The position numbers and the translations under genes were made by a program. The notes beneath the pieces were generated by a model. The model was not told where the DNA came from. It did not search any database and worked only from the letters and a program-made list of their open reading frames with translations. From Verrucomicrobiota bacterium (lineage in GTDB: Bacteria; Verrucomicrobiota; Verrucomicrobiia; Verrucomicrobiales; V1-33), in NCBI GenBank assembly GCA_040387795.1, contig JAZKDC010000027.1:85845-149844 (forward strand): a stretch of DNA of 64,000 bases. The letters run 5' to 3'. Below, one piece after another: positions 8,377-16,650 of the stretch; the stretch's first letter is position 1, and each line of letters begins with the position of its first letter.

Positions 8377-9666
8377 TCACCTCCACCCCGCCAGCCGCTG
8401 GGGGGAAATACCAAAGACGTAGCCTGCGAGGATCAATTGGTGGCGCAGGAAAGTGCACAACACTCCGCGCTGCTGCCAGCGGCGTGACGAAGTGAGCGCC
8501 GCCTCGGGTGTCGTGACGATGCGGCCATGCCCCCGCAGCCTGCGGACGAAGGCCACGTCTTCCAGAATGGGCCACTCCGGGAAACCCTGCAGGGCCGAAA
8601 AGAGGGAACGGCGGAGGAACAAGCCCTGATCCCCATAGGGCAGACTGCGGATGCGGCAGCGCAGGGCGACTCCCTTTTCGATCTGGCCAGCACCCCTGAA
8701 AGGTTCCCGCAGGCGGAAGGTGAAGGCTCCGGCGGCAGTGCCGGGGCTCATCAGGGTTTTCCTGATAATGTCAGGAAACGCGGCGGGCGGGTCAGTGTCG
8801 GCATGGAGAAACAGGAGAAACTCGCCCGTGGCCGTGGCGGCGGCGGCGTTCATCTGGGCGCCGCGGCCTTTGGCGGTGCGGACATGCCGCGCCCCAAACC
8901 GGGCGGCCACGGCTGCCGTTTCGTCGGTGCTGCCGCCATCGGCGATGATGATTTCATGAGGAGCAGCGGCGTTCAATGCGGGGAGCAGGCGGGCGAGGTT
9001 CGCGGCTTCGTTGAGAGCAGGAATGATGACGGAAACCGTCCCCGCGGCGTGGAGCGCCGCTTCGGCGGCGGGCAGGTCGGCGGGTTCATCCACATCCGGC
9101 AGCGTAGCGAGCAGGGCGGGTTCGTGTCCCATGGCCCGCGCGGCATCACACGAAGCGGAAAGCACCGCCGCGGTGCTCCACGGGATGTTTTCAAAGAGGG
9201 AGACCTGCGAAGGATGGGTGAGGGCGACCAGATAATAACCGCCATCCCCGGCGGGGCCGAAGACGATACCGTGACGGTGGGTTGCCGTGAAGGCGACCGC
9301 CAACCCCTCTTCCGTCAGCGAGGGGCAATCGCTGCCGATGATGACCACCCGGCCCGCCCCGGTCGCGAACGCCCGCAAGGCCGCCCGCCGGAGACGCTGT
9401 CCCAGATCACCGTCCCCCTGCTTCACAAAATCAAGTGGCCCCAGCCATTCCCTCATCCGTGCCGCATCGCCGCCTTCAAAAGCGATCGTGAGTTTTGCCG
9501 AAGCAATGGTAGCGCAAAAGCTCCACGCCCGGCCGACGGTCACTGCCGTCATACGGCGCTGCAGTTCCGCCGCGCCCTCCGCCCCCAAGGCGGGAATGAG
9601 CCGCGTTTTGGCCTGGCCCGGCTGGGGATAGCGGGTGAATACGATGAGGGCGGAGTGGCCTGACAT
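8377..9666 (-). CDS. Fused transferase: N-terminal DUF2064/TIGR04282-like 'transferase 1' domain plus C-terminal family-2 glycosyltransferase domain (TIGR04283-like 'transferase 2').
   Basis: The N-terminal half has SALIVFTRYPQPGQAKTRL (the DUF2064 signature). The C-terminal half has VSVIIPALNEAANL...IIIADGGSTDET (GT2 nucleotide-sugar binding). The two halves are normally separate genes linked to the rSAM/Cys-rich family. The start overlaps the DedA stop (TAATG). Confidence 0.7.
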   Translation of the reverse strand: MSGHSALIVFTRYPQPGQAKTRLIPALGAEGAAELQRRMTAVTVGRAWSFCATIASAKLTIAFEGGDAARMREWLGPLDFVKQGDGDLGQRLRRAALRAFATGAGRVVIIGSDCPSLTEEGLAVAFTATHRHGIVFGPAGDGGYYLVALTHPSQVSLFENIPWSTAAVLSASCDAARAMGHEPALLATLPDVDEPADLPAAEAALHAAGTVSVIIPALNEAANLARLLPALNAAAPHEIIIADGGSTDETAAVAARFGARHVRTAKGRGAQMNAAAATATGEFLLFLHADTDPPAAFPDIIRKTLMSPGTAAGAFTFRLREPFRGAGQIEKGVALRCRIRSLPYGDQGLFLRRSLFSALQGFPEWPILEDVAFVRRLRGHGRIVTTPEAALTSSRRWQQRGVLCTFLRHQLILAGYVFGISPQRLAGWR

Positions 9667-10412
9667 TACTGGGCAGAATCAGCAGCGGCGGCAGCAGGTG
9701 CCACCGGTTTTTCCACCGGCAGCCCTTGATCCCGCATCGCTTTTTTGGCCGCCTTGGTGATGAAGACGGTGACGGCCAGGGTGGCCAGCAAACCCACTCC
9801 GTAGAGCACCCATTCGAGGGGCGACTTCTCCCCGCCGCGGGCCCCGGCGCGGGCCAGGGACCCGAGATAGACATAAGCCAGGGTGGCCGGCAGCATGGCG
9901 GCCCAGGAGGCCACGATGTAGTGCAGAAATTTCACACGGGTGAGACCGAAGGCGTAGTTCAGCAGCGAAAAGGGAAACAGCGGGGACAAACGGATCAGTC
10001 CGACCAACTTCCAGCCATCGTCCCCGAAAGCGCGGTCCAGCGCGGCAAAGGCGGGGACGGTCCTGGTTTTCGCGGCAATGGCATCCCGGGCGAGGTAGCG
10101 GGCGATGAGAAAAGCCACTGCCGCCGCGGTGGTGGAGGCCAGGGAAACAATGATGGTGCCGTAAAAAACGCCGAACAGGGCGCCCGCCGATAGGGTCAGG
10201 GCCGAGCCGGGCACCATCAGCACGGCCGCAAGGATGTACGCCAGGGCGAAGACCACCGGGCCCCACGGCCCCAGTTTTTCCACAGCCGCGATGGCGCTGT
10301 TCAGCCAGCCTTTGGGATCGCCGAAGAGGAAGGCGCAGGCCACGGCCGCCATGAAGGCAACGATGAGCATGATCCTGCGGCGGTTGCCGCAAGCGGGGGA
10401 AGAGGGGGCCAT
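9666..10412 (-). CDS. DedA / TVP38-TMEM64 family membrane protein.
   Basis: It is multi-pass hydrophobic, and the motif region GSALTLSAGALFG...LIRLSPLFPFSLLNYAFGLT is typical of SNARE-associated/DedA proteins. It is the first gene of the five-gene minus-strand operon. Confidence 0.75.
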   Translation of the reverse strand: MAPSSPACGNRRRIMLIVAFMAAVACAFLFGDPKGWLNSAIAAVEKLGPWGPVVFALAYILAAVLMVPGSALTLSAGALFGVFYGTIIVSLASTTAAAVAFLIARYLARDAIAAKTRTVPAFAALDRAFGDDGWKLVGLIRLSPLFPFSLLNYAFGLTRVKFLHYIVASWAAMLPATLAYVYLGSLARAGARGGEKSPLEWVLYGVGLLATLAVTVFITKAAKKAMRDQGLPVEKPVAPAAAAADSAQ

Positions 10413-10461
10413 TTCGGGTAGACCGGCCGCAGCCGGGGGGAAATCCGGGTCCCGGGATTCC

Positions 10462-11151
10462 TTACTTCAGTTCCTTGATCCGCAGATTCCGGAAACGATA
10501 GGTGGCTCCCTTTTCCCCGTGGTGCTGGATGGCGATGGGGCCGGTGGCGTCGCGGTCGTCGGTGATGTCGGTGGTGGTGACGCCGTTGACTTCGATTTTG
10601 ATCTTGGAGCCGTCGCAGGTGATGCGGTAAGTGTTCCAGTCGTTGCGTTTGAAGGCTCCGGCGGAGCGCTCTTTGAAGGCGGCCTCGGAGGCGGCATCGC
10701 CTTTTTTCGGGCTGATGAACCACATCCGCAGGCCCTCGTCATACAGACCACCGGACCACATGCGGGCGACATCGCCGTCCACTTCGGCTTGGTAACCGGT
10801 GACGCTGTTGGGTTTCACCCGCCCCCGGAAGATAAACCCGCTGTTGGCCTTGCCCTCGGGGAGGTGGACATCGCCTTCAAAAATGAAATTGGCGTAGGGT
10901 TTTTCCGTGCAGAGGAAAAATTTCTTCTCGGCGGTGAGGTGGATTTCGCCGTTCACGACCTCGGCCTTGCCAAAAGTGTAGGGATTGGTCCAGCCCGCGA
11001 GGGTCTTGCCATCGAAGAGGGGGCTAAAGCCATCGGCGGCGGCCTTGGCGGCAGGCGCGGGTTCCTGGGCCGATACCGGCAGGACGGCCACGAGGGGGAA
11101 CAAGGCGGCCAAGGCGGAGGGAAGCAGCAGGGAAATTCGCATAATCCCCAT
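10462..11151 (-). CDS. Secreted DUF1080 (LamG-like, 3-keto-disaccharide hydrolase family) protein.
   Basis: Signal peptide MRISLLLPSALAALFPLVAVLPVSA. The DUF1080 hallmarks FSPLFDGKTLAGW, HHGEKG and the C-terminal FRNLRIKEL are present. Confidence 0.7.
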   Translation of the reverse strand: MGIMRISLLLPSALAALFPLVAVLPVSAQEPAPAAKAAADGFSPLFDGKTLAGWTNPYTFGKAEVVNGEIHLTAEKKFFLCTEKPYANFIFEGDVHLPEGKANSGFIFRGRVKPNSVTGYQAEVDGDVARMWSGGLYDEGLRMWFISPKKGDAASEAAFKERSAGAFKRNDWNTYRITCDGSKIKIEVNGVTTTDITDDRDATGPIAIQHHGEKGATYRFRNLRIKELK

Positions 11152-11395
11152 GATTGCCAGCCCGGGGACCGGGAATCAAGCTCATTTCCAGCCCCAGAAA
11201 TTCCGCAAATCCGGTCACACAATATGGCGCCGGGCCGACGCTTCCCGGTCGCCCGGACTGCCGCGGCATGATTCCTGCACTGATTTCCCTTGTTATTTTT
11301 ACCCAATCCCCCAAAGAGGGTCTTCTCTTTCGTCGTGGTTTCCCCTAGAGTCTGCGTGAAAATAGAATGATGATCCGGTTCAGGGGCATAACCAC

Positions 11396-12310
11396 ATGAT
11401 AGAAAATGACTTAAGGCCAAGGCTAATCAGTTTGACGGATGGATCCGAAGTGATCCTACCGGAGACGGCCATTTTTGGACGCAAGTCTGACAGCACCATT
11501 CCGCTCCCGGACAACCGGGTGTCCCGCCGCCACTCGATGATCCGTCGGCAGGAGGATGATGAATTCTGGTTTTACGATCTGGGCAGCTTCAATGGGAGCT
11601 ACATCAACGACGAGCGTGTCACCACCACCCGGCAGTTGGAACCGGGGGACATCATCCGGATCTGCGATTTCGAGTTCCGTTTCGAGCTGCCCCAGGCAGG
11701 TCTCCGGCCCGGCGGCGACGCTCAGGACATGCAGGTGGTGCCCATGCTGATCCTCGTCAGCGACATCAAGGGCTTCACCCGCCTCTCCGAAGTCCTCCCC
11801 CCGGACGAACTCGCCCAGGCCATCGGTTCCTGGTATTCCTACTGCGATCAGGTGCTGACCGAACACGGCGCCGCGATCGATAAATTCATTGGCGACGCCG
11901 TCCTTGCCTACTGGACGGATGTGACGCCGAATGCCCGGCAATGGGCGCTCTCTGCGGCCCGTTATCTGAGGGAAAGCTGCAGCCTGATCCAAGAGGAAAT
12001 GAAGTGGACTTTTGAACGTTACGACGTGGAATTCAGCAGCGGGGTCGCGCTCCACATGGGCGAAGTCTCCTGGGGCCAACTCGGCCAAGGGGGGCTCACC
12101 ATGCTGGGCGATGCGGTGAATACCACTTTCCGGATCCAGGCCCTGACCCGCCAACTCGGCAGCGATATCCTCGTTTCGGCCGACTTCATGAAAGGATGGA
12201 AGGACGGGATGAAACACGTGCGTTCCCTCGGCACCCATGCGTTGAAGGGCAAAGAAAACTCGGTGGGCATCTATTCTGTGGAAAGCGCTCCTGAACTCTT
12301 CGTCCGGTGA
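11396..12310 (+). CDS. FHA-domain adenylate/guanylate cyclase (class III nucleotidyl cyclase).
   Basis: The N-terminal FHA has FGRKSD...VSRRHSMI...GSFNGSYIN. The cyclase domain has LILVSDIKGFTRLSE, KFIGDAVLAYW and GLTMLGDAVNTTFR. Confidence 0.8.
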   Translation: MIENDLRPRLISLTDGSEVILPETAIFGRKSDSTIPLPDNRVSRRHSMIRRQEDDEFWFYDLGSFNGSYINDERVTTTRQLEPGDIIRICDFEFRFELPQAGLRPGGDAQDMQVVPMLILVSDIKGFTRLSEVLPPDELAQAIGSWYSYCDQVLTEHGAAIDKFIGDAVLAYWTDVTPNARQWALSAARYLRESCSLIQEEMKWTFERYDVEFSSGVALHMGEVSWGQLGQGGLTMLGDAVNTTFRIQALTRQLGSDILVSADFMKGWKDGMKHVRSLGTHALKGKENSVGIYSVESAPELFVR

Positions 12311-14100
12311 CTGATCCCTCGCTCCACCCCAAAAAGCGGGAAGGCTGGCTCGGTTTGAGCCTGACGGTGCTGCTCTGCCTTGGTTTCCTCTTCTGGTGGT
12401 TCCGGCCAGCCCGGGAAACCTGGATTCCCCACTCCACGGCGGAACTGGTTGGCCGTGCCCTGGCGGAGCCGAATCTGGACGCCCCCTTGGACCGGCTGGT
12501 GCTCGACTTCGACCTCATGGAGACGGCCATCCTCCAAGCCCGCCTCGCCATGGTGCCGGAAAGCCTCCAGACCGCCGGTTTCATCGCGGATCCCATCGTG
12601 CAGGCCCGCACCATCCGGCAACTCGCCCAGGCCCAATTGAATCAGGACGCCAAACAATTGAGCGAATCCCTCCGCATGTGCGACCGCATCATCGACGTGC
12701 CCCTGCGCGACCAGATGAAGGAGGAAATCCTGATCCAGCTGGCCATGCTGGGATTCTCCGATGTGGTGCTGCCGGAAGCCAAAACGCCTCTGCTCCGGGC
12801 CCGCGTCGCCCGCCGCCTCGCCGAAACCGACGGGCAGGACGTGGCCCGCACTCTGCTCGCGGAACAGGAAGCGCTCCTGCCCACCCTGCCGCCGGCCGAT
12901 GTCACCGCCTTGCTCCCCGAGTTGGCGTGGACCCGGGTGCAATTGGCCATCATTGACGGGCCGCATCAAGCCTTCGAGGCCATCCGCCGGGTCCCTGCAC
13001 CCGAACAGGACGCCCTTTGGCTCGACCTTTTCCGGGTCTGCTTCGGCCGGGGAGATACCGCCGCCAGCGATTCCGCCGCAGTCTCCGGCCAGATCACCGC
13101 CCCTGCCCTGCGGCGCCAGATTGAGCTGGAAGCCCTGCAATCGAACATCCCCCTGCGGCCCGCCGAGGCCATCCTCGCAGAGATTCAGGAGAAGCTGAAA
13201 GCGACGGCCCCCGGTCCGGAGCAAGTCCGTCTCCTCCTTGAATTGGCCGATACCCACCGCCGGGCCACCGGGCCGGAAGCCGCGGCCATTCCCCTCCGTT
13301 CGGCCTTGGAAGCCGCCAAAGCCCTGCCCGATCCCGTGCAACGCGCCACTCTGCTCGCCGAACTCACCGAACTGCTTCCCGACGCGCTGCTGTTCCCGGA
13401 ATCAAAACAGGCGCTGCAGGATGCCACCGAGGCTGCCCGCGGCATCATTGCTCCCGATCAGCGGCTGCCCCTGCTGGTTGTCATCCTGCACCACGCCTTC
13501 AACGCCGGCGAAATCCAGACCGCCGCCGCCCTCGCCTCCGAAGCCTTGGAAATCGCCCCCAAAGTCAAACTGTCGCCGCCCTTGGTGACCGAACTGGCAG
13601 AATTCCTCACCCGTCTGGGCGATTGGCCCGCAGCCCTCAGCCTGCTGCCCGAAGTCGAAACGAAAGTAGCCTCACCCCCGGATGCCCAGCCTTCCAAAAC
13701 CCCGGAGTCCGGGAATCCGGTCGCGTCCTCCCTTCCGGCCACGCCCGCTGCCGCCGCGACCGCATCTCACCGCCGCGCCCTGCTTGATGCCATCGCCACC
13801 ACCGCCGCCGAGGAAGCGATTGGCTACGACCCGGCGGCCCCACCCAACCGGGGCGAGCCGCTGGACCGGATCCGCAATCGGGCCATCTCCGACGAGCCCG
13901 CCGCCGCCTCGTATCTGCCGGGGATTCCTGCCGGTTACCAACGTGCCCGCGCCACCCTCGCCATCGCCAAAGGACTGCTCCTGCCTCCTATTCCTTCAGC
14001 GGAGACCCCACTGCCGACCGACCTGTCCGGTCCCCTCGACCTCCTTCCAGGTCAAAGTCCCGATATCCCCGTCATGCCGGAAGATCCGGAAGCGAAGTAG
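12307..14100 (+). CDS. Membrane-anchored alpha-helical repeat protein (hypothetical), translationally coupled to the FHA-cyclase.
   Basis: The start ATG overlaps the cyclase stop (ATGA). It has an N-terminal transmembrane helix (WLGLSLTVLLCLGFLFWWF) followed by a ~550-aa Ala/Leu-rich helical repeat region. The competing minus-strand ORF 12271..13341 is judged antisense. Confidence 0.5.
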   Translation: MTDPSLHPKKREGWLGLSLTVLLCLGFLFWWFRPARETWIPHSTAELVGRALAEPNLDAPLDRLVLDFDLMETAILQARLAMVPESLQTAGFIADPIVQARTIRQLAQAQLNQDAKQLSESLRMCDRIIDVPLRDQMKEEILIQLAMLGFSDVVLPEAKTPLLRARVARRLAETDGQDVARTLLAEQEALLPTLPPADVTALLPELAWTRVQLAIIDGPHQAFEAIRRVPAPEQDALWLDLFRVCFGRGDTAASDSAAVSGQITAPALRRQIELEALQSNIPLRPAEAILAEIQEKLKATAPGPEQVRLLLELADTHRRATGPEAAAIPLRSALEAAKALPDPVQRATLLAELTELLPDALLFPESKQALQDATEAARGIIAPDQRLPLLVVILHHAFNAGEIQTAAALASEALEIAPKVKLSPPLVTELAEFLTRLGDWPAALSLLPEVETKVASPPDAQPSKTPESGNPVASSLPATPAAAATASHRRALLDAIATTAAEEAIGYDPAAPPNRGEPLDRIRNRAISDEPAAASYLPGIPAGYQRARATLAIAKGLLLPPIPSAETPLPTDLSGPLDLLPGQSPDIPVMPEDPEAK

Positions 14101-14143
14101 CCGCGCGCGCCGGCGGCCCCCCCAACAGCCCGCGGTCCCGGAC

Positions 14144-15097
14144 TTAAATCCCGGCCACACCATCCAGCGTGGCATCCCGGAACGAAACCGGATCCTCGAT
14201 CGGCTCCAAATGCGTCAGGACATGCAGGCGCGGCACCGCCGCCCGCAACGCCGCCTCCACTTCCTCCGCCAGATCGTGCCCCCGCTGGACGGTCCATTCA
14301 CCCGGCACCAGCAGATGCACCGACATAAACCGGCGGGCGCCCGCCTCCCGGGTGCGGAGCGCATGCCAGAGCAGCCCCTGCGCCTCGTATTCCCCCAGGA
14401 CGGCTTTGATCCCTGCCAAATCCTCCGGCGGAACTCCGGTATCCATCAGCCCCAACATCGATTGGTGCACCAGCTGCACCCCCGTGAACACGATGTGAAA
14501 GGCCAGCAGCAGCCCCAGCGCCGGGTCCAGCCATGGCCAGCCGGTCAGCTTCACCAGAATCAAGCCCGTCACCGCCGCCACCGAGGTCCACACATCCGTC
14601 ATCAGGTGCTGCCCGTCGGCCCGGAGGGCCACGCTGTGGTATCGTTGGGCCGCCCGCAGGAGCAGCCGCGCCACCACCAGATTCACCACCGAAGCCACCA
14701 CGGAGACGGAAAGCCCGGCTGAAAAACCCGTCAGGGCCACCGGGTGGAAAAAACGGTCCACCGCATTCCAACCGATTCCCACGGCCGCGACCAGGATCAA
14801 CGCCCCTTCCACCCCGCCGGCAAAATACTCCACCTTGGTGTGTCCGTAGGCATGTTCATCATCGGCCGGGCGCGCCGATACCGTGACCGAGGCCACCGCC
14901 ACGAGAGCCGCCGCCAGATTCGCCACGGATTCCAAGGCATCCGACAACAACGTCACCGACCCGGTCAACTGCCACGCCACCAGCTTCAGGACAAAGGTCA
15001 CCACCGCCGCGGCCACGGAAAGCAAGGCGAAGCGGACGACAGGGGAAGCGGGAATCATCCGGCCAGACTGCTCCGGCCCGTTTCCGGATGCAAGCAA
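14144..15097 (-). CDS. Cation diffusion facilitator (CDF) family divalent-metal efflux transporter.
   Basis: Transmembrane helices carry the typical CDF metal-site motifs (HAYGHTKVEYF, LMTDVWTSV). A C-terminal cytoplasmic domain is present. Confidence 0.8.
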   Translation of the reverse strand: MLASGNGPEQSGRMIPASPVVRFALLSVAAAVVTFVLKLVAWQLTGSVTLLSDALESVANLAAALVAVASVTVSARPADDEHAYGHTKVEYFAGGVEGALILVAAVGIGWNAVDRFFHPVALTGFSAGLSVSVVASVVNLVVARLLLRAAQRYHSVALRADGQHLMTDVWTSVAAVTGLILVKLTGWPWLDPALGLLLAFHIVFTGVQLVHQSMLGLMDTGVPPEDLAGIKAVLGEYEAQGLLWHALRTREAGARRFMSVHLLVPGEWTVQRGHDLAEEVEAALRAAVPRLHVLTHLEPIEDPVSFRDATLDGVAGI

Positions 15098-15237
15098 CTA
15101 CCGCCCACTCCCCCGGATCGAGCGCCCATCGGAGAGGGGCTAACGACATCATGTGAAGATCATCAGGTTCGGCGGGGGAAAAGGATCGTCCGGCCGCGTC
15201 GCCGCCCAGCGCTTGAACCCAGGCTGTTGTTGACCCA

Positions 15238-16392
15238 TCAGGACCGGCCCGCCGCTTGAATCGCCGCCATCCGCGTGAACAAGGCGCGGTGGGCCGACAG
15301 AATTCTGGCTTTTGCTGCCGCATCGGGTGCCGTATCCCAGTGGCCGCGTTCGTAGGTGCCGCCGAGCAGGATGCCATCAGTTCTCGGGAACATATAAAAA
15401 TCCCCGCTGATCAGATTGTACTTCACCGCCGGTTGGGGGAGCAGAAAAGTAAGCTGGCCTTTGATGGGGATCATCTCGGGGTCCCCGAAAAGCGCCCCGG
15501 CTCCCAGGCCGGTACAGTTGAAAATCACGGGCTGCGGCAAAGCCAGCACTTCTGCAGCGTCCGCAAAAGATCTGATCATGACAGCACCTCCCGCAGTGCG
15601 GAACGTTTCCGTCAGTTTCGCGAGATAGGTGGCCGGTTCGATGAACATGGAATAAAACCGCCTCGCGTAACCTTGGGAAAAGGCATGTTCGCCAGGCGCG
15701 AAATCGCGGAAATCCACCTGCATGCCGTGCAGCACTCCACCCGGTCCGCCGAGCCATCCATTCGACGGAACGGTATCACTGAGGTAATAATTGGGCAGCC
15801 AACTCACCCCCCATTCCGGTCCGGCGAACTGTTGGAAGTATTCATACGAAAACCGGGCGGCGGCGACATACTGCGCGGAAAACGCCTCGGTCCGGCGGCT
15901 GTTGTCGAATACGGAAAACGGCCACCACTGCGCCCCTGATACATTGGAGGTTGTTTCCGGCGGCAGGTGCTTTGCGTAAAGGGTCACCTTCGCCCCCTGC
16001 GATTGCAGCAGCCGGCCGAGACTCAACCCCATCACTCCCGCGCCCACGACCGCACAATCCCGGCCAGCCATCAGCGGCGCGAGATTCAGGGCCAGTTGCG
16101 CCGAGCCCCACGACAAACTCATCCCGCCACCACCATGACCGTAGTTGTGGATCAGAATTTTTCCTGACACATCTTCACGCCGGACGACAAATCCCGAAGG
16201 ACGGTAGGGCCGCAGACCCACCATGGTCCGGATCTCCAAAGATTCCTCCACCCTCACCGGCACCAGATTCTCACCTTCACGTTTCGGCTTCGGCCCGGAC
16301 GGCGTCACGACTGCGGTTTCGGGATCCTTCCGGCAGGCCGGAATTGCGGCCGCAGCTCCACAAGCCAGTCCGATTGCATCACGCCGATTCAT
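15238..16392 (-). CDS. TAT-signal FAD-dependent oxidoreductase (DAO/glycine-oxidase-like).
   Basis: Twin-arginine motif MNRRDAIGLACGAAAA. The Rossmann motif CAVVGAGVMGLS is present. The 384-aa size fits the family. Confidence 0.65.
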   Translation of the reverse strand: MNRRDAIGLACGAAAAIPACRKDPETAVVTPSGPKPKREGENLVPVRVEESLEIRTMVGLRPYRPSGFVVRREDVSGKILIHNYGHGGGGMSLSWGSAQLALNLAPLMAGRDCAVVGAGVMGLSLGRLLQSQGAKVTLYAKHLPPETTSNVSGAQWWPFSVFDNSRRTEAFSAQYVAAARFSYEYFQQFAGPEWGVSWLPNYYLSDTVPSNGWLGGPGGVLHGMQVDFRDFAPGEHAFSQGYARRFYSMFIEPATYLAKLTETFRTAGGAVMIRSFADAAEVLALPQPVIFNCTGLGAGALFGDPEMIPIKGQLTFLLPQPAVKYNLISGDFYMFPRTDGILLGGTYERGHWDTAPDAAAKARILSAHRALFTRMAAIQAAGRS

Positions 16393-16650
16393 GGTCAGGA
16401 CCTTCCCACCCCCGCGTCCGATATCAACCCCGCGAAAGGTCAGTTACCCGCGTCTCATCCAGTCCTGCTTCAATGCCTCCTGAACACCGGCTCTGTGGAA
16501 ACCAGCTCCACCCGACCTTCACCAAACCCGATGGCGTGCCTGTCTGTTCTTCCGCGTCATCGCCCCGAAACCGCCCGCCATCCGTGATTGAAATGTTGCG
16601 GAAGCAGATTCTGCTGGCGTTGCGGCCCGCAGGTCCGCCAGGGTAGTCTT

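Noticed and set aside
7042-8487. 481-aa plus-strand ORF, and ORFs 8527..9663 and 9726..10193.
   Set aside because: They are antisense to the ArsM-like and transferase genes. Composition is Gly/Arg/Pro-rich with no motifs. The sense-strand genes carry clear family signatures.
12271-13341. 356-aa minus-strand ORF overlapping the repeat-protein gene, and ORF 13682..14722.
   Set aside because: The products are Gly/Arg-rich and low-complexity. The plus-strand ORF has a plausible TM anchor and helical repeats and is translationally coupled to the cyclase. ORF 13682..14722 is a shadow of the CDF transporter.
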